Below, piece after piece: positions 10,701 through 18,331 of a stretch of 64,000 nt of DNA. Origin of the DNA: a virus. Its lineage: Duplodnaviria; Heunggongvirae; Uroviricota; Caudoviricetes. The notes beneath the pieces are model-generated. The model was given only the letters and a program-made list of their open reading frames with translations. It had not been told where the DNA came from and made no database searches. Position 1 is the stretch's first letter. The number at the start of each line of letters is the position of its first letter. Made by a program: the position numbers and the translations under genes. Where the stretch lies: the IMG/VR virus record IMGVR_UViG_3300010356_003454, positions 8,820 to 72,819 of that record, one strand, 5' to 3'.

Positions 10701-12979
10701 TTCAGATTTTATCCGATGGATCTATAGGATTGGGCGGTCAATTAATTGAAAGCACTACTATTGATGCTAGTAATTATGGCTTCCGGGTAGGAACCGGGGG
10801 ATTTGAATCGGGATTTGAATCGGGCAATGGAGATTATACAGATTTCTTTATAAGCCCCTCCTATGTGTATATGCTAGCCGTGGCAGCCAGCGGAGGAGCC
10901 GGCGTTATGGTGGGGACCGATGGTTTGCTAACGATTCAATTTACCAACGCCCAAATTACTGATTCAGGTGCAGGAGAAGGATTAGTTTATGCAGATGATT
11001 ATTCTTCAACATTCCAAGCTAATTCTCTTATTACAAAAGCATTTGCTGAAAGTCTTGTAGATGAAGTTTCTACTAGAATCTTTAATGCTGAAGGAGATAT
11101 AGCTTCTCTAGATGCTTCTATTGTAAGAATTGACGGATCAATAGTTAATATCTATAACTATCAAGCAATTCAAGATGCTTCTATTTTAGCTCTTGAAAAT
11201 GCTTCAGTTGATTCATGGAATGGTTTAACAACCTCTGTTGATAATTCAATAGGTCTTGGTGGAACTCTTGCTCAGAATACTCTCATCGAAGTTAGTACAA
11301 ATAAAACTCTCTTCATTGGAAGCGGCGATGTTACTTTCGGCCCCGGATATCCTTTAGGATTGGATTATAGAGTATTAGCAGTTTATAACGATAAGCTTCT
11401 ATTAAAAGCAAAAAATGGAACAGATGAAGCTTATATAGACATTTATAATGATAGTGCTAAAATAGCTGCATCTAATGATGCTACATTATCTGGAGCTAAG
11501 TCAGCAACTATTCAATCATCAAACTATGGATCTATCTCTTTAACCGAACAAGGATTAGTAGTAACTGACAGTAGCACAACTACTCAAGGACTTATCTATG
11601 CTGGAGATTATGAGGATGATTTTGTTGCTAGATCACTTGTTACTAAGCAATTTACAGAAAGTCTCGTTGGAGAAGTTTCAACAAGATTAAGTACTGCAGA
11701 AACTGACATAACCAATATCGAGACTTCCCTTGGAATTCTTAATAACTGGAATGTTTCTCAAGATGCTTCTATCGTAACTCTAAGAAATACAACTTTATCG
11801 GCTCTTCAGACTGCTAATAACGGTTTAACAGCTAATGATACAAGCGTAGCTCTTGGTGGTGCTTTAACTCACGATACTGATATTGATGCTACTGGATACA
11901 CATTCTCCGTAACTGGTGGATTAAGTGTCTATGGTACTTTAACAGTTGATGGCTCTGTAACTTACGTTAATTCAGTTGATCTAAACGTTTCCGATAATAT
12001 TATTACCGTTAATTATGGTGAAACTGGAGCTGGCGTATCTAAAGGATTTGCTGGTCTCAAAGTTGATAGGGGGACAGAAGATGATTATGTTCTTGTATTC
12101 TCGGAAGCTACTGATACATTCAGAATTGGTATCGCAAACGAATCAGGTCTTCCTACTGGAACCCAGGCGGTTGCTACAAGAGAAGATACCCCTGAAGGAT
12201 TTGGAATCCCATTCTGGAATGGATCTCTTTATAGGTTCGATACTTCTTCTGGATTTGAATTCACTCCTGGAGTAGGACTTAGCTTACCAATAGCCACTAA
12301 TGATCCTGCAGAAGCAACGGCTCTTATGATCACTCCTGCTGGATTGGTCGTTTCAAGAGAACTTGGAACAATGGCATTTGCAACTGCTACAGATTATACT
12401 CTTAAGACTCTATTTGATTCTTCAGTAGCTGCTATTTGGACTAAATTTGGTTCGGTTGATACATCAATTGCAGGTCTTGATACATTAACTCAGACTCATA
12501 CAACTGATATTAATAATCTCGAAAGCTCAGTTGGTGCACTTGATCTTCTAACTCAGAACCATACTCAGAGTATTGCCGATCTTTCAACTGGTAAACTTGA
12601 TGCAGTAGCAACTGTAACCGGAATTAGTGGTGGCCACGAGGTCTTCTCAAATGAGGCAGATAACGTTGCTTATATCAAGAAGATCGTTGCTGGTACTGGT
12701 GCAACTATTACTTCAGATGCTTCAACAATAACGATTGCAGTATCAGGAGCAGCTGGTTACGTTAGTAAGTATGCAGGAACCTTTAATGGAACGTCAAGTA
12801 CCTCGCTATCTATTCCTGCAGCAACTCACACATTAGGAACAGGACCTCTACAGGTAACTGTTTATGATGGAACAGACCAGGTTTGGGTAGATGTTGATTG
12901 CGCAGCTAACGGAGATATTACTCTTGAATGGACTGGAGGTTCACTAAGTGCATCTTGCAAGTACATCATAATGGGATAA
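7757..12979 (+). CDS. Long tail fibre-like protein
   Basis: 1740 aa; heptad segments (LDASIVRIDAYQAIQDASI) alternate with repeated modules (NGL...SIGLGG.L, about x4; TVDGS.TY...SDNII...FRIGI...TQAVATRED x2). Confidence 0.75.
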   Translation: MAKYVHPNMIIDSSAAFLKNVTFDSSVYFQGVTHINAPAAVSSQTPFALVLESGSGTDLQVKSVQLGTMAKENATSWDASLSAIRTDIGNLETSVGALDTLTQSHTTQLGIHNASIGVLTSLTAVHDSSLGFLNAYRLIQDASIAANWQRWIDSNRSGFVDRSQTTLSFTDTTGTVTLNDVGSGWSYYRDGIKYTISGNKSVALPDGGSAVAGVYYITIEGTDGALTVDTTVWDLNDPNVLPVSIIIWNASNSPKYWMADERHTMLIDRKMHQYLHTTQGTKLVAGGTLDGPDVSVNTNAANAIGWETTTIADEDIFLNIAALARPNGTSNNYVVFYRTDANTWTWKQENTPLSENGSFIEWDNAGTLTTGQTGKYYTSYVGFTDLNDAARVIIIPGRGEYDTLDAARDEDVTTFDFTTLPAREFVLAWKLVWRADTAYTTYGKAVAAAEPIRVQVNVTTSSGATTESHNDLLGLQGGTSTERYHLSAAQYNDYIGESEVLTLINDVSTRLDTRLDNHDTSIATLNTLIQNLESSVGDLDTLTQGHTTDINNLESSVGGLDTLTRTHTSQIAQLDASVVRIDAYQAIQDASIALAVSGTTSAWNGLTRTDNSIGLGGTLSQDTVINTSAFQLGVLGSMQISGDLTVDGSITYINTTELDVSDNIIQINTGLTGTPPVNMVSGMKVNRGSEDPYFFIFSEADDTFRIGINASEGGLPGGTQAVATREDSPIGTAVPFWNSTANRFDTNAGLTFAAATGLDVDNRVTANLLTLQNIPNLASEATALVIATDGSVGYRELGTNAFSSAAFALDSSLAEVRTLVNIHDASIGNIYVELGYADASTTALNTLIQTNITDIANLETSVGALDVLTQDHTADIAQLDASIVRIDAYQAIQDASIAAVGGAWKPYVDGSLATRDSSIIALFAKNAAQDASIVRIDASLNDTIELFDVIDASFQALWDYNAIQDASIAALEAATPNVANGLQILSDGSIGLGGQLIESTTIDASNYGFRVGTGGFESGFESGNGDYTDFFISPSYVYMLAVAASGGAGVMVGTDGLLTIQFTNAQITDSGAGEGLVYADDYSSTFQANSLITKAFAESLVDEVSTRIFNAEGDIASLDASIVRIDGSIVNIYNYQAIQDASILALENASVDSWNGLTTSVDNSIGLGGTLAQNTLIEVSTNKTLFIGSGDVTFGPGYPLGLDYRVLAVYNDKLLLKAKNGTDEAYIDIYNDSAKIAASNDATLSGAKSATIQSSNYGSISLTEQGLVVTDSSTTTQGLIYAGDYEDDFVARSLVTKQFTESLVGEVSTRLSTAETDITNIETSLGILNNWNVSQDASIVTLRNTTLSALQTANNGLTANDTSVALGGALTHDTDIDATGYTFSVTGGLSVYGTLTVDGSVTYVNSVDLNVSDNIITVNYGETGAGVSKGFAGLKVDRGTEDDYVLVFSEATDTFRIGIANESGLPTGTQAVATREDTPEGFGIPFWNGSLYRFDTSSGFEFTPGVGLSLPIATNDPAEATALMITPAGLVVSRELGTMAFATATDYTLKTLFDSSVAAIWTKFGSVDTSIAGLDTLTQTHTTDINNLESSVGALDLLTQNHTQSIADLSTGKLDAVATVTGISGGHEVFSNEADNVAYIKKIVAGTGATITSDASTITIAVSGAAGYVSKYAGTFNGTSSTSLSIPAATHTLGTGPLQVTVYDGTDQVWVDVDCAANGDITLEWTGGSLSASCKYIIMG

Positions 12980-13000
12980 TGGAAATCTCTGAATAATATT

Positions 13001-13032
13001 AAAGGACTGGTTTACTAAATCAGTCCTTTTTT
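13001..13032 (+). terminator. Intrinsic terminator
   Basis: AAAGGACTG/CAGTCCTTT stem plus T run. Confidence 0.8.
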
Positions 13033-13036
13033 ATTA

Positions 13037-13051
13037 GATATATAAAATAAA
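13037..13051 (+). promoter_or_regulatory. T4-type late promoter motif (representative site)
   Basis: GATATATAAAATAAA. The GA(A)TA(T/A)ATAAA motif, similar to the T4 late TATAAATA, recurs just upstream of starts near 1441, 3573, 7726, 13660, 15578, 18306, 20775, 23442, 26041, 26755, 27650, 28935, 41977, 45846, 48593, 57520, 58790 and 63314, and on the minus strand near 35210, 37220, 37780 and 41955. Confidence 0.7.
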
Positions 13052-13061
13052 AATGTAGGGT

Positions 13062-13496
13062 ATGTCATATGTAATTTATAACAACAAAAGAGTTTCGTTT
13101 GGAACTAAATATGTTACAGGAGTTGTTGCTGAACCTCTAGTTCCAATTTTTTCAAATTGGACAAACTCTACATGGGACACATTTACTTCTTCAGGCCTCA
13201 ATATTAGTAGTGCTATAGATGTGGCAAATGGAATAGCATTAACTGATTATGAAACCTTTGTAGTTGGAGATATAATAGAAATACAGTATAATTTAATACT
13301 AAATAGTGGATCATTACCTACATTAAAATTTTGGAGTCAAACAAATGGAGATCTTGGAACAGCTAACATGGTTCAAGGAATTGGCATATGGCAATTTACT
13401 GCTCAAGCATTTGGGGGACCCACATGGGCGATAGGATTTAGAGCAAGCGCGTCTGGAACTAATGCTTCATGCACATTTAGCATATATAAAAAATAA
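13062..13496 (+). CDS. Putative tail-associated beta-sandwich protein
   Basis: 144 aa, aromatic/S/T-rich, within the fibre block. Confidence 0.6.
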   Translation: MSYVIYNNKRVSFGTKYVTGVVAEPLVPIFSNWTNSTWDTFTSSGLNISSAIDVANGIALTDYETFVVGDIIEIQYNLILNSGSLPTLKFWSQTNGDLGTANMVQGIGIWQFTAQAFGGPTWAIGFRASASGTNASCTFSIYKK

Positions 13497-13501
13497 AAGA
13501 T

Positions 13502-13651
13502 ATGTCGTATTTAATTTATAATGGGAAAAGGGTAATATCATCAAATAAGTATGTTACTAAAGCATCAATTTCCCCCGGACCAGCTGCTGCAAATTTCACA
13601 GTATCTAATGCCAGAATGTATGTTCACCAAGGGGATGGAAATAGTTTCTAA
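13502..13651 (+). CDS. Short (49 aa) paralog of the N-terminus of 13062..13496, possibly truncated
   Basis: Read by hand: MSYLIYNGKRVISSNKYVT vs MSYVIYNNKRVSFGTKYVT; absent from the ORF track. Confidence 0.55.
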   Translation: MSYLIYNGKRVISSNKYVTKASISPGPAAANFTVSNARMYVHQGDGNSF

Positions 13652-13728
13652 AAAACTTTAATATATAAAATATAAACACATATTTGCTATTAGTTTTTTC
13701 TGGATAGTGAAAGAAAAATAATAATAAA

Positions 13729-14226
13729 ATGGCTGGAGAATTCAAAATTAAAACGGGGCTATTACTGGGCCCTTCGCCTACTCAACCAGTAATTTCAATT
13801 CAAGATACCTCTATTTCGATTACCCAAGATGCTTCTTCCATTCTTGTAACTGGAAAAGCTATCTATGATTTTCATACAGCTAATTCTCTTTGGGATGTTA
13901 GTACAGATACAACAACGGTATATTTAAAAGATCCTTCCGATAATGTTCAACTTTCATATATCGAGATGGAACAAGATGGCGGTGAATTATTATTAGTAGA
14001 TATGCCGATTTCTTCTCCCTCTGGAGAACAAAGCTATGCAATGAAAATTGATGGATCTACCGCTCTTAAAATATACGGAGATCCTTCTGGAAATACTTTA
14101 AGAGAAACCGCCGTAGTAGTTGAAACTACATATTTTGCGTTAGGAGATCCAACGACTGATGGATCCTGGAGATTAAGAGTTGATGCTTCTGGATTAGAAG
14201 TTGAAAAGAGAGTTTCTGGAATATGA
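13729..14226 (+). CDS. Putative tail-associated protein (may extend to 14250 through an in-frame TGA)
   Basis: D-x-S rich; ends YFALGDPTTDGSWRLRV...EKRVSGI-TGA-ENKGQFN-TAA. Confidence 0.65.
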   Translation: MAGEFKIKTGLLLGPSPTQPVISIQDTSISITQDASSILVTGKAIYDFHTANSLWDVSTDTTTVYLKDPSDNVQLSYIEMEQDGGELLLVDMPISSPSGEQSYAMKIDGSTALKIYGDPSGNTLRETAVVVETTYFALGDPTTDGSWRLRVDASGLEVEKRVSGI

Positions 14227-14254
14227 GAAAATAAGGGGCAATTTAATTAAGATT

Positions 14255-15538
14255 ATGGGTATTAGTAAATTAATATTAACATCTAAAAGTTCAATAGGTT
14301 CTCTCACAGATGAAGATGGGAATATCTACACAACTGTAACTATTGGAACACAAACTTGGATGGTAGAAAATTTAAAAACTACCAAATATAATGATGGCAC
14401 TCCAATTTTAAATTTCACTACCGATGCATCATGGATTTCTAGCGAAGCAGATAATGTAGGAGCATATTGCTGGTACAATAATGATAAAAATACATATGAA
14501 GTATATGGAGCTTTATATAATCATAGAGCAGTTTTATCCGGAAAGTTAGCTCCTGTTGGTTGGAAAGTTCCGTCATATAGCGATTGGGCAACTTTAGTAA
14601 GCTATATCGGAGGTGAACCGTCTGCTGGCCTAAAGCTCAAAGAAACAGGAACTGTTCATTGGAATTCACCAAACAATGCGACCAATGAATATGGATTTAC
14701 AGCATTGGGTAGTGGAGAAAGAAGTAATTTAGGAGTATTTCGTTATAATAAAGATATTGGTTTTTGGTGGACAGCATTAGATATAGCCGTATATGTATAT
14801 AATAACGGAGATGGAATAATATTTCCTACAGGATATGATTATAAGCATGGATTGGGAGTAAGATGTATTCTTGATTCTACTCCTTCTTCAAATTCAAATA
14901 ATAAATTGCATCTATTTGGTAATGCAAATAGTAATGCAAATAAATTAAAAATAACGCCTGAGCCTCCTCCCGCAATTACCGATTATGATGGAAATGTTTA
15001 TACCGAAGTGGTTATAGGCACACAAACTTGGCTACTTGAGAATTTAAGAACAACACATTATAATAACGGAGACGAAATTAAATATCAAATGTTTGACGCA
15101 AGTGGAGGATATGTGTGGCCGAATAATGATATTAATAATAAGAATCCTTATGGAGCTTTATATAACTGGTATGTTATTGATGATGCTAGAGGAATAGCGC
15201 CTTCGGGATATCATGTTCCGACATTGGCAGAAATGAATACATTATTTACTTATTTAGGTGGAACTTCTGTAGCTGGAGGAAAATTGAAGGAGACGGGAAC
15301 GGACCACTGGAACGCAACTAATAATGCAAGTAATGAAAGTGGATTTACTGCTGTTGGTGCAGGATGGTATACTGGATCATATAACCTCTTTAGAACTTAT
15401 ACACTATATTGGATGGCGACTGAAGGCAAGCCAGGATCTGCATATAGATGGTATGTATCTAATACTGGATTAGGCGTTACTGTAAATACTTATTATTATA
15501 ATTATGGTCTGTCAATTCGCTGTATAAAAGATAGTTAA
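14255..15538 (+). CDS. Protein with two tandem Fib_succ_major (FISUMP)-like domains
   Basis: Two copies of D.DGN.Y..V.IGTQTW..ENL.TT.Y..G...YGALYN...P.G..VP...LKETGT.HW...A.NE.GFTA..G...RCI.D; ATG at 14255 preferred over the track start. Confidence 0.8.
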   Translation: MGISKLILTSKSSIGSLTDEDGNIYTTVTIGTQTWMVENLKTTKYNDGTPILNFTTDASWISSEADNVGAYCWYNNDKNTYEVYGALYNHRAVLSGKLAPVGWKVPSYSDWATLVSYIGGEPSAGLKLKETGTVHWNSPNNATNEYGFTALGSGERSNLGVFRYNKDIGFWWTALDIAVYVYNNGDGIIFPTGYDYKHGLGVRCILDSTPSSNSNNKLHLFGNANSNANKLKITPEPPPAITDYDGNVYTEVVIGTQTWLLENLRTTHYNNGDEIKYQMFDASGGYVWPNNDINNKNPYGALYNWYVIDDARGIAPSGYHVPTLAEMNTLFTYLGGTSVAGGKLKETGTDHWNATNNASNESGFTAVGAGWYTGSYNLFRTYTLYWMATEGKPGSAYRWYVSNTGLGVTVNTYYYNYGLSIRCIKDS

Positions 15539-15600
15539 CTATAAAAATAAATTTTGACTAAAAAACAATATCTATTAAATATATAAAATAAAGTATCATA

Positions 15601-16638
15601 ATGGCTTTTAAAACTAATAATATACAGGTTGATGGATCCATTAATATAGACGGATCCATTTATCAGTGGCAACAGCTATTTACCGGTGGCGGTGGAGGAG
15701 GAACTGGTAATGTAGCCTGGGGGTCTGGAAATGTAGGATCTAATAATCAATTAATAACTGCATTAGGTGATGGATCTATTGCTGCTGAGCCGAATCTTAC
15801 TTATGATTTAAGTCTTTTTTCTGTCAATGGCGACGTTAGCATAGGGTCAAATATTTATATGACCGGTGGAAAAATTCTTTATTTATCTGGATCAACAGGG
15901 CAAATAAAATATGTTTCTGATGAGTTAAATCTTATTGGAAATAATATACATCTAAATGCAGCTACAAATATTATTTTAGAGCCTTTTACAGGTCGTGTAA
16001 ATATACTTTCGGATGTTTCTATCTCTTCAGATCTTACAATATCAGGCGATATTATTAACCCCGGAATGCCTAATGCTTCTACTAATTATACTGTATATTT
16101 TGATACAACCACAAAAAAATTATCTTATGCAGATGCTCCTACCGGAGGGGATGTAGATATTTCTACTCTTTCTATAGAATCTTATGTAAATACTTCTACA
16201 TATTATGATTCCTCTATCAGATACCGTACAATGCCTGAACCATCTACAGGATTTGGGTCTGGAAACGGGGCAGAAGGATTATTCGTTAATTTCAAAGCAG
16301 CTAATACTATATCATCTTATTATTGCGGATATATCGATACCGGCGGAAGAATTGCTTTAGCAGATGCCGATGCATCAAATATGATGCCTGCTGTAGCAAT
16401 TAATACAACGGGCAGTTCTTTATCTGCCGGAACAAATTATAATTTATTAATATACGGGGTAGTTAGAAATACTGCTTGGAACTTTGCTATAGGTCAGCCG
16501 GTTTATGTTGGATTAAGTGGGGAGGTAACAACCACTATGCCATCTTCAGCTCCTGATTGTGTTCAAGTAATAGGGAGGACTGTTTCTCCGGACTCAATTA
16601 TTTTTAATCCTTCTCCAGATTTTGTAGTTCTTAAATAA
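15601..16638 (+). CDS. Putative tail fibre/decoration protein
   Basis: G/S-rich linker; C-terminal ALADA...PAVAI...YG......GQPVY...G..TTT.P..VQVIG pattern typical of phage beta-tulip-like domains. Confidence 0.6.
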   Translation: MAFKTNNIQVDGSINIDGSIYQWQQLFTGGGGGGTGNVAWGSGNVGSNNQLITALGDGSIAAEPNLTYDLSLFSVNGDVSIGSNIYMTGGKILYLSGSTGQIKYVSDELNLIGNNIHLNAATNIILEPFTGRVNILSDVSISSDLTISGDIINPGMPNASTNYTVYFDTTTKKLSYADAPTGGDVDISTLSIESYVNTSTYYDSSIRYRTMPEPSTGFGSGNGAEGLFVNFKAANTISSYYCGYIDTGGRIALADADASNMMPAVAINTTGSSLSAGTNYNLLIYGVVRNTAWNFAIGQPVYVGLSGEVTTTMPSSAPDCVQVIGRTVSPDSIIFNPSPDFVVLK

Positions 16639-17057
16639 CAATTATTAGTAAGGCAGATTTAGGAGCATTTGGAAAGGTAAATTTATCACAATTAGGATCT
16701 CTGGGAAGGGTAAATGTAGCTTCTATTGGATCTATAAATAAAATTCAGGTAGTCAGTTCTGTACCGGATAGTATTTCTGTTTATCCCGAAACTGTATATT
16801 TTTATGCGGATGGCACAGGAGATGGAGATATTAATGTGGAGATAACTTCTAGCGGTGCATGGACAAGCGAAGTTCAGAGTATGGGGGATGGAATATTTGC
16901 AGATCTAGCTCCTACTTTCGCAGGAGGGTCGACTACAGTTACAACATATTGCTATTCATGGAATGATCCCCAATCCACTTTTCGAACTTGCCGAATTAGG
17001 TTTACAAGAGGGACAGCAACCGCGGATGTAGTAATTTATCAATATGATTATATGTAA
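16635..17057 (+). CDS. BACON-like beta-sandwich protein with non-ATG start
   Basis: Frame is open from ATA at 16635 (ITIISKADLGAFGKVNLSQLGSLGRVN...), 67 codons upstream of the track start 16836. Confidence 0.6.
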   Translation: MTIISKADLGAFGKVNLSQLGSLGRVNVASIGSINKIQVVSSVPDSISVYPETVYFYADGTGDGDINVEITSSGAWTSEVQSMGDGIFADLAPTFAGGSTTVTTYCYSWNDPQSTFRTCRIRFTRGTATADVVIYQYDYM

Positions 17058-17063
17058 TATATT

Positions 17064-17732
17064 ATGGCTACTAAATACGTTTTTACATCAAGCAATGGTT
17101 ACGCATATAAAATAGGGGAGCAGTATATTGCTATTCCTGATCCATCATTATATGTTAACGATACCTATATTCCATTTGAGCCTGCCGGAAGTTATCAAGA
17201 TATCAGTGTTAATGCAACGCTTATGAATAACTGGGAGCCAAGTAGCGGTTCAGCATCTTGGATAACTTTCTCAAATATTGTTAATAATGGTGCGGTTCCT
17301 GGAGGTTGGGGAAGTTTTCGAGCAACTGCAGCTTCTAATAATGTTGCTGATAGAACTGGAACAATTACAGTTATATCTCGATATAACACGTGGGAAATAG
17401 ATGTTTCGCAGAATGAAGCTGCTGCACCAGCAACTTTATCTTGTTCTCCAACTACAGTATATCTCACTACATTAGGAGGAGCTTGTTCTGGTTACACAAC
17501 AACTGTTACAGTAACTGCTAGTGCCGGAAATAGTTGGACTGCGTCTGTAACCGATGGAACTAGCTGGGTAAGAATTAACGGTACAATTGATGGAACCGCA
17601 TCAGGTACCGGAAATGGAAGCTTTACTATAGGAGCCGGTAGATTATTATCAGGAAGTAGACTAGGAGAAGTTGCAGTTACATCTTCCGCACCTACCGTTA
17701 ATATAATGGTATCTCAAGGATTTTGTCCATAA
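17064..17732 (+). CDS. Tandem BACON-like domain protein (putative adhesin)
   Basis: SWITFS..G.G.F...SNNVADRTGTITV and SWTASVTDGTSWVRI..GTGNGSFTI..SRLGEVAV repeats. Confidence 0.65.
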   Translation: MATKYVFTSSNGYAYKIGEQYIAIPDPSLYVNDTYIPFEPAGSYQDISVNATLMNNWEPSSGSASWITFSNIVNNGAVPGGWGSFRATAASNNVADRTGTITVISRYNTWEIDVSQNEAAAPATLSCSPTTVYLTTLGGACSGYTTTVTVTASAGNSWTASVTDGTSWVRINGTIDGTASGTGNGSFTIGAGRLLSGSRLGEVAVTSSAPTVNIMVSQGFCP

Positions 17733-17746
17733 TAAACTTAAGAAAA

Positions 17747-18037
17747 ATGGAAAACTCACCAAATAAAGTAATTTATAACGAAGAAGTAAAAAAGTTTGAG
17801 TATATTTATGACCCTGATTGCGAAGAGGAAATTAAAAAACTTGGGGATTTCAGAATTAGTATATGTTTAGTTTGTGGGGAACTTGGCGAAAAGAATGGAA
17901 TAAATTTTTGTAAAAAATGTAAATGCGGATTATTTCAAAAAATGTATAGAAAATATCCTTTAGATGAAAACGGAAAAGCGTATTCTGATATTTTATCGGA
18001 TGGATTTCGTTATGTTTGTCCTTTAAAAAAATGGTAA
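17747..18037 (+). CDS. Small Cys-rich (Zn-binding) protein
   Basis: CLVC..CKKCKC..CPLKKW. Confidence 0.6.
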   Translation: MENSPNKVIYNEEVKKFEYIYDPDCEEEIKKLGDFRISICLVCGELGEKNGINFCKKCKCGLFQKMYRKYPLDENGKAYSDILSDGFRYVCPLKKW

Positions 18038-18276
18038 TGATTATTTCTAAGATTTTCTGGGGGTTCCTAAATCTCTTTCTTCAAAATATAGGATTGCTCT
18101 CTCCGAAAAAGAGAAAAACTAATAGGGAGAGATTAGAGACTTGTTATAAATGCGGATTTGCTGAAGATAAATTCTGCTCAATATGTGGATGCTATATTCC
18201 TGCAAAAACAAAAGCAAATTATGATAAAGACGAAGAAGGAAAGAGCATAGGCGGGTGTCCAATGAGATATTGGTAG
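18037..18276 (+). CDS. Small Cys-rich protein, paralog of the previous gene
   Basis: RLETCYKC..CSICGCYIPAKTK..CPMRYW; TAATG stop/start overlap. Confidence 0.65.
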   Translation: MIISKIFWGFLNLFLQNIGLLSPKKRKTNRERLETCYKCGFAEDKFCSICGCYIPAKTKANYDKDEEGKSIGGCPMRYW

Positions 18277-18298
18277 GGAGTTACTCACTCCCTTTTTT
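18276..18298 (+). terminator. Intrinsic terminator
   Basis: GGGAG/CTCCC stem plus T6. Confidence 0.65.
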
Positions 18299-18331
18299 AT
18301 TTCATGAATAAATAAAGAAAAGAAGAGTATA

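Noticed and set aside
13030-13055. AT-only inverted repeats around several late promoters (e.g. 13030, 41970, 45838)
   Set aside because: Expected when a terminator T-run sits next to an A-rich leader; too weak to call regulatory.
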